Notes: a model not told the origin generated them from the letters alone. Counted from the first letter of the stretch, positions 38,596 through 52,336 are shown. The stretch is DNA of 64,000 nt from Amoebidium appalachense (GCA_963693365.1 CAVNZM010000011.1:3143098-3207097); one strand, 5' to 3'. A program made the numbers and translations.

Positions 38596-40220
38596 ACCAC
38601 CACCACCACCACCACCAATCACCCCCTCCTTTGATAGCCACCCGACACCCAGCATAACACAACTGGAACACTGGCCCATGTGGTCAGCCACCTTTTTTTT
38701 TTTTCCCCCCCCCCCCCCCCCCCCCTCCCCCTCCCCCCTCCCCTCTCCTCTGGGGGGCCCACAATCTTTCTATATCTGGCATAAGCACATAAGCACTGGG
38801 GCAAAAAGCAGGTGGGATACACACCTGACAGGTTTGGCCTATCGACCACGGCCGAGTAGACCTGCAGGGACGCATATGCATCAAGGGCAGCGTAGGTGGC
38901 CTGCACCTCTGATAGCGGCTCGTGCCAGTTGGAGCATCGAACAAGTGCCGGCTTGGGCAGCTTCTTGCCTATGACCTGGGCAGTGATGTCGGCCAAGCCC
39001 CGGGCCGCAGAGGTGATAGCTGCACGGGCATAGCAGAACCGGCCCAGCTCCAGATAGCTGGCCACAGGGGTGCCGTAGTCCTTGTTGAGGTGGGCCGAGT
39101 CCGTGCCGATCTGCTTGCCCACCTTGATGATGCTGGGGTCCCTAAGCAGCGCAATCAGCTCGTCCACCAGCCGCGCGGGCGGGCTGTGGTTGGGGCCCAT
39201 GCGTGCCAAGTGGAAGATGTACACGGCCCGTGCGGTGGCAATCTGCAGCGTGCAAACCTTGGACCGCGCCTGGCCCACCCGATAGACCCACTCGCAGTCC
39301 AGCCCCACCACGCGGTGCTGCTGCCCCTCCAGGTCGGCACGAATGGCCGCTGTAGCCACCACCGCCCCCTGGCAGTCGGTGTACACCGGCTTAGGGTAGT
39401 TGGCCGGCAGCTCCAGCCCAGGCAGACCGTCCGTCACGCTTACCAGCGCAGCCTCGTTCAGACGGACGGGGCATTTTGGCCGGGCTAGGGTTGGAAACAT
39501 GCGCTCAACAAACGCCCGGTCTTGGCAGCACCGATCTGTGTAGAAGAAGGCCGGGCCCTTGCTGTTGAGCGCCGCCGTGGTGGCAGAGATGCGCTGGATC
39601 ACGGGCTCAATCTCCTGGTGGCTGCAGTCCCGTGTAAATACCTGCGCCCGGATCTCTGGGGTGCCGCACTGTGTGAGAGGGCATCTCCGAGCAGCCATGC
39701 ATGTTCTAGCTTCCCTTACCACATGGCCCTTCACGAGACTTCAGTGCCCACACAATCCTTTCCCCCTCCCTCCCCCCAAACCCATGTGCCCACATACTTT
39801 CCCCTCCCTCTCCCCCAAAACCCTTCCCCCTCCTTCCCCCCAAACCCATGTGCCCACATACTTTCCCCAGGCCTCCCTTTCCCCCAAAATCTTCCCCCCC
39901 CTCCCCCCTAAACCCATGTACCTACAATCCTTCCCCCTTCCTCCCCCTAAACCCTTGTGATCACAATCCTTTCCCCCTCTCTGCCTTCCCCCCAAACCCA
40001 TGTGCCCACGATCCTTCCCCACTCCCCCTCCCCCCAAACCATGGGACAGCCCTCCATATGGCACCTACTGCTCCCCCCCCCCCCCCCCCCCCCCCCACCC
40101 CGGGCCTCTTGCCCTCTCTACCTTCAACCCCGACGGTGGTGTCTCCCCCCCCCCCCCCCCCCCCCCCCCTGCATCCCTTGCAATCACTGGCCCCTACTCC
40201 CATTCTGCTTGGCAGAAGCT

Positions 40221-40279
<59 letters not shown>

Positions 40280-40514
40280 ATTCCCCGCCAAAAGAAAGCT
40301 CCACCCCAGCCCACCCCAATCTCTACCCAGCAAAAACACATACACACATATCTGGAGCTTCCTAGTTTTTGCTCGACAGGGCAAGAATTGTCCCCAAAAC
40401 CCACATACTACAAACCTCTACTCACAGTGTGCCACCTCATTAAATGTGGAGCCTAAGAGATTTAAAGGCCCTAGAGGGGGGAGGGGGGGGAGGGGGGGGA
40501 GGGGGGGCGTGTGT

Positions 40515-40545
<31 letters not shown>

Positions 40546-40978
40546 GGGCGTGTGTGGGGGGGGGGGAGGGGGGGGAGGGGAGGGGGCCTGGGGGAGAGTG
40601 GGGGGAGGGGGGAGAAGAGGAGGGACCACACACCGCCAAGCTCGTTTACACAAGTCCATAGGCCTCGGTACAGAGGCTCCCCATTGATGCCGGTGAGCTT
40701 CCCAATTTGGAAGGTGTGGTCGGCCTTGAGCACGTTGTTTACGGGCTTGAGCTGCGTGTCCAGGCTCTGGTACTTTGCCGTGCGGTCGCTGAACTCAGTA
40801 TACACGGCACTCAGGTATTTGCCTGAACCCCAAGTACTGTTAGAACTCCACCACCCTCCCATCAGGACCATCCCCCCATTCCCTCTAGTCCCTCGTGTTC
40901 ATCTCACCTCTCTGTATTTTCGTAAGTCTGTATGGCTTTTCCCATCTCAAAAACGCTACACACCCATCTCCGGCCGTT

Positions 40979-41034
<56 letters not shown>

Positions 41035-41233
41035 CCCCCCCCCCCCGCCCCGCCTCCCCGGCGCGCGCAAACCCTCCAAGTCATTGCACCAACTTTCACC
41101 TTCTTTCCCCTTTGTGCCCCATCTGCAGTTTGTCCCCTGCACGTCCGTTTGCCCTTCCCCCCCACACCCTCCTGCCACTACTATAATAACCATTAAGTAC
41201 CGCCACCAAGATCCAGTCTACCACCATGTGCCC

Positions 41234-41273
<40 letters not shown>

Positions 41274-41422
41274 CTCTCCACCTCCTTTCCCCCAACACAC
41301 ACAGACACACATGCGCACACCCACCATCTAATTTCAGGCATAACAGTTCTCCACGATTTCCCAAGCACACTCACTGGTACATGGACCGTTATGCTTTCAC
41401 CCCTCTGATGATCCCTCTGCCC

Positions 41423-41453
<31 letters not shown>

Positions 41454-41532
41454 ACCACCACCACCACCACCACCACCACCATGACTGATTGCCACCACCA
41501 CCACCTAATCCATCACCATGTCCCCCTCCCCC

Positions 41533-41586
<54 letters not shown>

Positions 41587-42969
41587 GGACCCACAAGTAC
41601 ACGCACACTCACAGGCGCACATCCACCACCACACATCCACCACCACCATAATAGAAACTTATTGACCACACTTCCAAAACCCATTTCCAAGTCCCCCCCC
41701 CCCCCCCTAAAAAAAAAAATAAAAAATAATAAAACAAAACCCTACCAAGCCAACCCAAAAAATGCCCAAGCACGTGCATACAAAACAATGGGGACCATTT
41801 ACACACCCAAAATGCAGTGCACACTTGCCTGAAGGCACATGTCCAGCGTAACCATTTTTGTCACCAAACGCCGAGAACTTAGCCGCCTGCTCCTCTGGGG
41901 GAAGTTCTGTCAGGCGCTGGTCGTGGGGGCGGAAATCGTTACGCTTTTTGAGTTCATACTTGGTCCAATGCAGCGCCCTCGAGTAATACAGGAGCCGCTG
42001 CTCGTCGTATCGCTGCTTGTGGAGCTCCGAGAGGAGGGTGGCAAAGGCGTTTGGGCCCACACCTTTGTCTGCCAGTGCACGCAACAATGTTACCACCTTT
42101 AGGTCGAGCCCACTGCGGTGGCTAAGGTAGGCCGGAAACTGATCACGCATGAAGAGTGGAAGGCGTTTAATTGTCTGGGGGTTTGTGCCGGCAAAGTTTT
42201 TTTTGCATGTGTCACAAAAGTACCGGGCCGTGATAATGTAGTAGCAGCTGTCAAAGTCGATAACACGCCGTCCTACGGGGTTGCTCATGAACCCATTGCG
42301 AGAAGTACGGTGTGGGTTGGGGTGGTTGTGGGGGTCCACGTAGTGATCATCGAAGGGGCACGGCACCATGAAACCGGGAGACAACCTTTCCGGAAGCCAG
42401 GCAAAACATCTGGGTTTGTAGAAAGGCGCTGGATCGCCCCCAAATTTAAAGCCTATAATGGGAGGTGGAAGATGCCACCCCACAGGCGTCTTCTCATCTT
42501 TGAGACTCTCTTTCACTGTGTGCAGGTGCGACTTGATTGTTTCGCCCGCCGCGTCAGAAAACTCCTCTCCACCGTCATCCCCGTCCGTATTATCTTCTCC
42601 CTCTTCCTCCCCTTCATCCTCGTCTACCCGGTACGCATCTGCTGCTGCATTTAGCAAAGGTTCCTCGTCGGGTTGCACCTGTATGTCTGGTGGGTGTGGA
42701 GCAGGGGCCCGATCCATTTCTCTTGGTAACGAATGGACGCTACCTGCCTCAACTACACGGGCCCTTATGTCGGCGGCCTTAGATAGAGGGGGCTGTTCGG
42801 GTTGTACGTTTACGTTTAGTTCCTGCAAAACAGCTTTGTTTGCCGTCCCAAAACCTGCAAAGTTCTGAACAAATGCAGCATCTTTTTTTTTGCGCCCAGC
42901 TCCCTCCCTAGCTCCGCCTGTTTTATGCCCAGGGCGCTGTGTTGTGCCCTTAGGGCAGCCTGGCTTCAT
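35042..42969 (-). CDS. Putative DDE transposase (DxxH-type, DUF6729-like N-terminus) with an inserted DEDDy 3'-5' exonuclease; 1535 aa, 6 exons
   Basis: Exons 42969-41829, 40822-40634, 39655-38825, 38362-37722, 37259-37053 and 36640-35042 total 4608 nt in frame; introns 1 and 5 are GC-AG. Motifs: GGAREGAGRK, CP...H...YFCDTC, ADHTF (D1), YTDRCC (D2), exonuclease VGLDCEW / IGTD / YAALDAY, NDAFH, YRCIRGTNEVEG (E), C-terminal CKTC...CPG...C. Confidence 0.85.
39745..40045. repeat. Minisatellite in intron 2 of the transposase
   Basis: Repeated ccccaaacccatgtgcccaca(t/a)..ttcccc units. Confidence 0.8.
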
Positions 42970-44187
42970 TTTAAACACTTGGGGCCTGGCCCCCTGCCCC
43001 CCTAGTGCGACTACGTTACCGCAAACATTCCCGTATTCCAGTGTGCTCGGCCTGTCCTTCCCCTCCTCCCCCCCCCCCCCCCCCCCCCTCCCTGTCTGTC
43101 TCTTTCTCTCTCAGATGATCTACCGACCTTCCCTCCCTCCCTCCCTTTTCCGCTTAGCCCCCCTCCCCTCCCTCTCTCTCGCTCTCTATCTCTCGCTCTC
43201 CTCCCATCCCCCGCCAACTCTCTATTTTTCCTTCCCTCCCTTTTTCCTCCCTCCCTTCCTCTTCACCCCCCCCCCCCCCCCCCCCTCTCTCTCTCCCTCT
43301 TTCTCTCTCTCCCCCTGTCCCTCCCTCCCCCCTGCATCCCCTCCCTGCCTCCACTCCCTCTCTCTTTCTCTCTCTCTCTCTCAGAACACCTATAGACATA
43401 GATATGCAGGAAGTTGCATTCTTCTGGCACCTTTCTTTTTGTAATTTTTTTTGGGGGGTGGGATGTTTTTAATATCCCCTAGAAGGGGGGAGGGTAAAGG
43501 GTGGACGGGGGCAACTGCAAATGTGTGTAAATGTAGTTGTTGTCTGTTTATCGTCAAAAAGGAGGAAGAGGGAAGGAACTGGAAACTCGAAGGGGTTGGG
43601 GGGGGGGGGGGGGGTCGCCATGTGGCATACCCCCCCCCCCCCCCCTCCCCCCTCCTCCCTCCTCCCCTGCCCGGGGGAACTTTGGGAAGTGGGGAGGGGG
43701 GAAGGGGGAGGGGTAAAAGGAGGGGGGGGGGGGGGGGGGGGGGAGCGGACGAGAAAGAGGGAGGGAGAGGTCGGGAACGAGTAGTGCTGTGTCTGAAAAT
43801 TCGAAAACAAAGACATTGGCAATGCTCGAATATCAGTTGGTATGTCTTCATCCTAGCCACTGAGATATCCAATAAAATTTCCAATTACATATCACTCTTC
43901 AAGCTAAAAAATAATGCATACTTGTGACCTAGCATATGCTTTCTCCAAACAGAACTTCCTGTCTTTTTAATACATAACTTTTAGCACCCGGTCCTTTGCT
44001 ATTTTTTTAATTTTTATATCTTTTTAATGCAGATGGGTGAACCAGTGGTGCAACTAGTAGTTCGTCAGCAGAGCCATGAAATGTGGACCTTCCTTAAATG
44101 CCACACAGCAAACGTGAACGCTACCGACCTGGTATGCCCCCGTTTCCCCCCCCCCCCCCTCCCCGCCCCGCCCCGCCCGCCCTTTAG

Positions 44188-44468
44188 CAATGCATACACG
44201 CCTGCACGTGACAGCACCACAGATCCCTGGGCCAGCCTCAGCAGCTGGGGCCAATACCTGACCGAGTCCACAAGCCAGCTGGCCAGTACGGCAGGCAGCA
44301 CACTCACTGAGGTCGGCAAGAAGGTCAACGACAGTGTCATAGCACCCACAGCGCAGAAGGTGAGGGGGTTGGCGAGTGTGGGTGGGTGTGTGGATGTGTT
44401 GGTGATGGTGGGTGTGGTAGTGGTTAGGTGGTGGTGGTGGTGGTTTGTTGTTATTGTTTGGGGGCGCG

Positions 44469-44501
<33 letters not shown>

Positions 44502-44554
44502 GTAGATGTGTGCCTAAGCCAATTTAGGAAGAGTCTCCCCCCCTCCCCCCTCCC

Positions 44555-44653
<99 letters not shown>

Positions 44654-44997
44654 CCCCCCCCCCCCCCCCCCCCTCCCCAAGTCTTCAAGTTTTTTTACAT
44701 AGGTTGCATGCTTGGTAAGTGTGTGTTTGTTTCCTTTCTTGCACTTCCACTTTGAATTAATGCGGTGTCCCCCCCTCCCCCCCCCCCCCCCCCCCTCACC
44801 TCCTCCTCTTTCACCCGTCCTCTCACCTTTGTCCGGTTTGAACTATCCAGCACCATTCACTCTTCCCATGGTATGTATCTGGCATAATCAGATGCAAGAA
44901 AAGAGACCAAGGAGATGGGCTGATGTTTGCTGTTGCAGGTCAACGACGGGTCACTGTTGACCACCCTATCGTCCAACTTCTGGTCTACCACACAGAC

Positions 44998-45065
<68 letters not shown>

Positions 45066-45079
45066 CGTGTGTGTGTGTG

Positions 45080-45175
<96 letters not shown>

Positions 45176-45183
45176 TGTGTGAC

Positions 45184-45256
<73 letters not shown>

Positions 45257-45649
45257 GAGTGTTGTTTGGGGGGGGGGGGGGGGGGGAGAGGGAGGGGGAG
45301 GAGAGGGGGGAATCATTTATGTGTGCATGCATGCCTCTCCGTCACTTCGTGCTGTAGCTCTTGTCATGTTTGCTTGCGTGCTTGTTGCAAGGGACCTGTG
45401 TGTGTGTGCCCTTGTAAGCATGGGTGCTGTGTACCTCTTAGTGTTTTCAAAGACTTCCCGCTTGGGTGTCCCAGCCTCCACCCGTCCTCCTTCACAACAG
45501 TCGCCCACACACTGGTCACATACGCACCGAAATTGCAGGAGGAATGGATTTTGATGCAAAGGAAGATGCATGCAAGGGCACCCCGCAGCATGAATGCCCC
45601 TCAGCCCCTTAAACACACATATACACACACATACACACATACACACACA

Positions 45650-45680
<31 letters not shown>

Positions 45681-45761
45681 TATCTCACACCGCCCGTGCA
45701 AGCGCAGAACAGCACGTGGGTTAAGTCACTTGCCGAGCAGGAAACAACCCTCTCCACACAG
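44188..45761 (+). CDS. ArfGAP1/Gcs1-like internal exons (ALPS-type region); GAP domain not found
   Basis: Exons 44188-44359 (DPWASLSSWGQYLTESTSQLASTAGSTLTEVGKKVNDSVIAPTAQK), 44939-44998 (VNDGSLLTTLSSNFWSTTQT) and 45708-45761 (NSTWVKSLAEQETTLSTQ) join in frame and resemble the ArfGAP1 segment SSL..GW..F...LNE.V.KP..EKV.EG. Confidence 0.7.
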
Positions 45762-45767
45762 GTGCAG

Positions 45768-45818
<51 letters not shown>

Positions 45819-47210
45819 AAAAAAAAAAAAGAAAGAAAAAAAAGAAAAAATAAACACGCACACACACACATTTTGTGCCCAAGTTACAATTTATTTATAC
45901 ATGGTGTATTAGCTTCCATGTGACCACCCTTTTACAAATCACGGGGCACTGTTACCTACTCGTCGTGTGTTCGTTTTGGCATATTGTCGTTAGTCCTGAA
46001 ATAGGGCTGCATGATGCAAGTTGCTTCTGTATGAACAAATAATGGGAACAAACGTCAAGTTTACAAGTGGTAACTCTACGTCTGACGTTAGGTTTACTGT
46101 GCCGCTCCTCGAAGGAGTAGAATTAAAAAAAAAATATATTTTGCCAGAACGGTGCTGTGCGATTGACGCCCCAAATACTAAAAAATACTTGGATAAGTTT
46201 GTTATTGTCACAGACCGTCCACATCAACACTCCAGGCTTCGAATAGGAAGCAAAAAAAATATATATATAAAAAATAAATAAATAAATTTAAAATGAATAA
46301 AAATAATAATAAATCGATTTATGAACAGGTTGGCCGATACCTAAGGGAGCTTTGTGTCGACCGAAATAATTAATGAGGCCAACCTCACATGATACGTACA
46401 GTTTCGGTAGCGGCCCAGGGAAAATAAGAAAATCAAAACAAAGAACCGGCTTCCTTAGGTAACCACACCCCCAAAGAACCAAACAAGAATAGAAAGGTTC
46501 TTAAATCGAAATGCATAGACTTGGTACTAATTCTTAAAAAAGTATAAATGAAAAAAAAAAAAAATAATAATGAACCGGCTATGGAAGATAACCAATCCTT
46601 CGAAAAACTAAACAAGGCTCGTAAGGTTATAGAATCGAGATGCATCAAGATGCTGCCAGTTTTTTCGTGCACCGAAGTGTAACCACACAAAACTTAGTTG
46701 GTAAATTTTTATGGAACATGGTGAAAAACCGAGTGTTAACAATAGTAGAGAAGGGGGGGGGGGGGGGGGGGGGGGGGGGGGAGGGGCAAAGATACAGAAG
46801 ACTCAAAAGGTCTGAATGTATGAGACACCAAAAATTGTCATGTCGGCTGAACCTTAATCTATATTAATCTTGTTCGGAATATGAAAACCTTGTATTCGGA
46901 AGACGTTTGACCTGAACTTATGGCACTCAAAGAGAACGAAACTGTGCACCTTCGGAATCAATTACAATCACCTTTCAAAATGGTTCTTCCAAAAGAAACA
47001 AAGCTACTTAATCTTCTTGCAAAATGTATGTTCTAAAAAACCACAAGTTATATATTTAACCTGACACGGAACATCCAAACTCTCGAAAGAACATAATCAC
47101 AAAGAAATGCAAAGAATAAATTCACACGAACAGATTCTGCAGCTATACCTTTTTTAATCTGAACTATCGTTAAGCTGGTTTACGCAATCAATGATGGCCC
47201 CATAATCCCC

Positions 47211-47912
47211 TTATTGATCCCCACTGCTTCCGTCGTACGACAGCGAGCTAGCCGGGTCGCTCTCCTCGCTGGTGTAGTAGCTTTCCTCGCTGGTGTACCA
47301 TTCAGACCTCCAGCCACCGGGTGAAGCATGTGGATGGTAATCTCCTTCCGAATCGTAATGTTCATTCCAACGTTCCATTTCCACCGTCCTCCGACGGTAA
47401 ACCTTCCTTATCTTCCGTCTCCGTTGCTTAACATCCGGTTCGCCGACGCATCTGGGGCAATCACAATACATCTCCTGCCCCTGTTCATCTCCCTCTTCTT
47501 GTTGTTTGGACAGAACGTCTAGCTCCGGTTCTCGATCGAGCGGGTATTTCAAATCAATAGGCTGTTCTTTCTGTTCCCGTTGTCGATCGTATCTATCTAA
47601 GTGCTCTTGCCGCCCCCGTTCTTGTTGCTCCCTTTGCCTGTTCCGTCTTCTCAGGGCTCGGATTTCGAATAGAGTATCACTAGGTCTTGTGGCGGATGTG
47701 GGAGTTGGCTTTGACCATGGTTTCTGCTTCAGTGGAGTGGGACGAGTCGTGGTTGGTTTGATTGGGTTGTGAAGGTTGGCATTCGCGTATAAAGCATTGT
47801 CTGTGTTTTCATTAAGTTTCGGGACATTCGTGTTTGTTTCGTTTCCAAATAGGTTCGTTCGGAGGCTCGCTAATCTATTCAGTCGATCATGATATTGGGG
47901 TGCACGAGCCAC
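47211..47912 (-). CDS. Orphan hydrophilic ORF with a CDCPRC motif
   Basis: 233-codon open frame not derived from microsatellites, with charged and acidic composition. Non-ATG start in the track; no homology recognised. Confidence 0.35.
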   Translation of the reverse strand: MARAPQYHDRLNRLASLRTNLFGNETNTNVPKLNENTDNALYANANLHNPIKPTTTRPTPLKQKPWSKPTPTSATRPSDTLFEIRALRRRNRQREQQERGRQEHLDRYDRQREQKEQPIDLKYPLDREPELDVLSKQQEEGDEQGQEMYCDCPRCVGEPDVKQRRRKIRKVYRRRTVEMERWNEHYDSEGDYHPHASPGGWRSEWYTSEESYYTSEESDPASSLSYDGSSGDQ

Positions 47913-48125
47913 CTGCAGGGAGCACGATTATTAGTCTTTTCGTTTCTGTGGGTGATGAATATGTGTGTCTCAGCGTGTTGGTGTGTTACAAGTTGACGAT
48001 AATGGGAACAGCCTAATCCCTGCACGTGTGCATGTGTGTGTCCATATGTGTACGTGTGTTTTTGTGTGTGCTGAATGGGTGTGTGTGCTGAGTGGGTGTG
48101 TAGTTGTGTGGGGCAGTTACTAAGT

Positions 48126-48263
<138 letters not shown>

Positions 48264-48795
48264 GCTGGCATGGAATGAGCAGCAAATAAAGGAACTTGCT
48301 TGTGCCGATCCTAGGAGCATTCATTCGTATCAATTAAGTTACAAACATTTGTGTGCCAGTGCATTGTGGCAGTGAGCCTGTTGAACACACCTACTTGTGG
48401 CTGTTGGTCACTTGGAGATTCTTGTTCGCCACCCATGCCCTCATTTTGTTGGACGACATTGCTTTCTTTATACTGTAGTTTCACATCTGGTGAAAGGGGG
48501 GGGGGGGGGGGGGGGGAGGGGAAAGGGGGGGGGGGGGGGGGGGGGGGGGAAGATGATGACATTTTGGGTCCTTAGGGTTTGGGGAGGGGAGGGGAGGGGA
48601 GGGGAGGGGGGAAGGAAGAGGGATGTGTATGGGGATGTGGATGAGGAGCTATTTCTTTTTTTAAAAAAAAAAAACAGTTCACATTGAATATTTATATTTC
48701 ACTTTCATTTATTCGATGCGTGTTGGTGAGTGTGTTGGTGTGTGTGTCCGTGTGTGTGTGTTGGTGAATGTGTGTGTGAGTTGGCGAGTGAGTTG

Positions 48796-48925
<130 letters not shown>

Positions 48926-49049
48926 CCGTTTTGACGGTTAGAAAACGTTAAAACGTTATGGCTTCATTTTTGTTATGCATATTACGTGAAGCAGGATGGG
49001 ATGTGGTTGGGAAAGGGTTGGGAAAGGGAGGGGAGGGGGTGGGGAGGGT

Positions 49050-49080
<31 letters not shown>

Positions 49081-49250
49081 GGGGGGGAGAGGGGGATCTA
49101 CAAACCTTCTCGGTTCTGATAGGCCTGCTGTTGCTCTGCAATGTCGGTGGTGTGGTGGGTGCCGTCTTTCGGTTGGTTGTTCACAGGGCTCTCGACCATG
49201 ACACCTGATTATCCGGTGGGGTATTTAGGGTGTGAGGTGGTGTGTGTGTA

Positions 49251-49287
<37 letters not shown>

Positions 49288-49946
49288 AGGAGGAGGGGAG
49301 GGGGGGGGGGGGGGGGGAGAAAGAGGGGGCATTGCGTTAGTTGCATCGGGATGAGCATAGGTTGTGGGTGTTTTTTTTTATTTTATTTTTTTGGTGGGGG
49401 AGGTGGGGGGGGGGGGGGGGGGGGGAAGGGGGAAGGGAGAAGGGGAGAAGGGGAGGTGGGGGGGGGGGGGGGGGGGGGGGGGGGGGATCGCTAGCCATTC
49501 GCATGTTTTCTGTTTATCTTTTCATTCATTCCTTTCATGGGGTTGGGGTTGGGGGAAAGGGGGGGGGAGAGAAAGAGGAGGAAAAGAGAATGGGGGGGGG
49601 GGGGGGGGGGAGTATGTGAGGTTTTCCGGGGGGGGGGGGAGGGGGGGGGGATGGCTTTTTATTGTCTATTCTTTCATCCATTCCATTTGGGTGTGGGGTG
49701 GGAGGAGGGAAAGAAGGGAAGAATGGAAGAAGAGGGGGGGGGGGGGGGGGGGAAGGGGAGGGGGGGGGGGGGGGGGGGGGGGGCATGTGCACACCTTCTT
49801 GGTTGTTAACCGAGAAGAGGTTGATAGTTTGTGGTTGTTTTAGGGGGGAGGGGGAGGCTGTTTTCTGTTTAGGCTTTCATTCATACCTTTTTGGGGTGGG
49901 GAGGGGGAGAACGGGGAGAACGGGGAGAAGGGGGGGTGTGGGGGGA

Positions 49947-49978
<32 letters not shown>

Positions 49979-50319
49979 TGTACACCTTCTTGTTTCTGAA
50001 GGGCCTGCCGTTGCTCTTCAGTCTCAGTGGTGTTGTGGATTGCGTCATTTTGTTAGTTGTTGGGTCCTGGAGGAGGGAGGAACGGGGGATATTACGTCAG
50101 TCTTAAGCGGCACTCCACTGATGTGGGTGGTTAGCTGTGGTGTGGAAGCTGTTGGTGGTGTTTTTTTTTTTTTTTGGGGGGGGGGGGGGGGGGGGATGGG
50201 GGGGGGGGGGGTCACAATATTTATCGTGATTGTTTCGTTATTTTTTTTTTCCTTCTACAGGTTTCTTTTTTTATGGGGTGGTAAAGGGGTGTGTGTGTGT
50301 GTGTGTGTGTGTGTGCTGC

Positions 50320-50492
<173 letters not shown>

Positions 50493-50539
50493 CGTGCGCT
50501 CGCGCGCTCATACCTACTTAGAGGGATGTGTACACATTG

Positions 50540-51480
50540 ATCTTTTTCCTCTCTTACGTTCCCCTCTTTCTGCGTGTTATCTTGCCTCTCTTACGTTCCC
50601 CTCTTTCTGCATATTATCTGTCCATCTGTCGCCATCGTGGTTCTCTTCTACCTTCTCTGCCACGTTCCTCTTTTGCTGCATAGGATGTGTCCTACTATCT
50701 ATCCAACTGTTGACCAAATTATAAATATCGATTTTTTACTCAAACATCCCCCTTCCTTCCCCCTCCCTTTCGTCCGTACCTTTGTCATTGTCGCTACTTC
50801 CATTTGAATCATCCCCATCATTAACATATCCTAGCCCATAAAATTCACCCTCCAACCCCAACCCGTAGGGGTTTTCACAGACAACTTTATCTTTTGATTG
50901 GTCCGTCTGCTCGTTCTCGTGCTCATTCTCATCCCTTTCACCCACCTCTCCCTCACTCTCTCCGTCTCCGTCTCCCTCATCATCCGACGGAACGCCGCCC
51001 TGCCCATCCTCACTAATATATCCTAGCCCATAAAATTCACCCTCCAACCCACACCCATAGGGTTTTTTCACCGACAACTTGAACTTCTCACCTTTTTATT
51101 GGTCCGTCTTCTCGTTCTCGTGCTCATCCTCCTCCCTTTCACCCACCTCTCCCTCACTCTCTCCCTCTCCCTCCCCCTCGTCATCCAACGGTTCGTCGCT
51201 CATCCCATCCTCGTCCGATTCGTCTCCTTCTTCCTTCTCATCCAACAGTTTCAACTTCTTGTTCTCTCCCGACTCCAGGACCTCCTCGTCGTTACCTCTC
51301 TTCCTTTTCTTTCTTCCTTCATCTCCCTCCTCCTCCTCCTCCGATTCATTATCTGACCCCTCTTCCGACCCATCTTCCTACTTGCGCTGGTCTGACCCGG
51401 CTCCGTTTCATCACCGTGTCATACTCGGGGTTTGCTTTGATCGGAGTATACTCAGTCAAGTCCTCGTCTGATGGTGAATA
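50540..51480 (-). pseudogene. Acidic low-complexity orphan coding remnant with a 192-bp internal duplication
   Basis: PYGxGLEGEFYGLGY is encoded twice (from ~50826 and ~51018; period 64 codons) among D/E-rich frames with stops. Confidence 0.4.
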
Positions 51481-51736
51481 GGTTTCATTAGTGTAATGTC
51501 CCTATACCAAATACAACTTAAGATGAACCAGTCTGAGTGACGAGAGCAATTTAGATAAATAGGGATAGATACTACCATGTACAGTAACTATTTAGGGTCA
51601 GTACTGTATTGGGAAAATGTAAAGGGGGAAGGGGTGGGAGCGAGGGGATGGGGTGGGAGCGAGGGGTCTGGACCAGGTATCTTTTTAATTATATTTCTGG
51701 TTTTTTAGAGAGGGAGTGTGTGTGTGTTTTGGGGCG

Positions 51737-51772
<36 letters not shown>

Positions 51773-52122
51773 GGGGGGGGGGGGGGGGGAGGGGGGTCCC
51801 GGGGGCCCTGCAGGGAGGGAGGGAGGGAGGGAGGGAGAAGGGAGGGGGGAGGGAGGGGGTGCCTGAAGGTGGGAAATACTACATGCAACAGATTTTGGTT
51901 TTGACACAAGTCCGATGAGCTTAGCGGTTGTGGTAGATGTGTTATCGGCGATTGAACGTGCCAATCGGTCGGGAATGTCTGCCAGGCGAACAATAAACAC
52001 TTCGCCTTTACCGTGAGTATGCACCGTGACAGGTTCATAGTGATCGCGTGTGTGGTAAATAATTGCCAAGCCCTTTAGTGGTTGGGGATTTCTGTGCTTA
52101 TTTGCATGGAGCTCGTTTACAT

Positions 52123-52230
52123 AGTCGCACACATCTTTTCAGTCGCACACATCTTTTCAGTCGCACACATCTTTTCAGTCGCACACATCTTTTCAGTCGC
52201 ACACATCGATTCAGTCGCACACATCGATTC
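52123..52230 (+). repeat. Six 18-bp monomers in the LINE 5' UTR
   Basis: agtcgcacacatcttttc x4 followed by agtcgcacacatcgattc x2. Confidence 0.95.
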
Positions 52231-52336
52231 AAATGTCGCTTTTTATTATCTGCTAATAAATAGTATCCTTCGCGCATCCACCCCTAAACCAGGCCATCCG
52301 TGGCCCTAAGGGCCGGGGAACACCCCCATCCATGTC

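Noticed and set aside
29321-44097. TTAA-flanked termini (ttaaggattgcc / ggaccttccttaa) for the exonuclease-transposase element
   Set aside because: Inverted similarity is short and weak; the element ends remain undefined.
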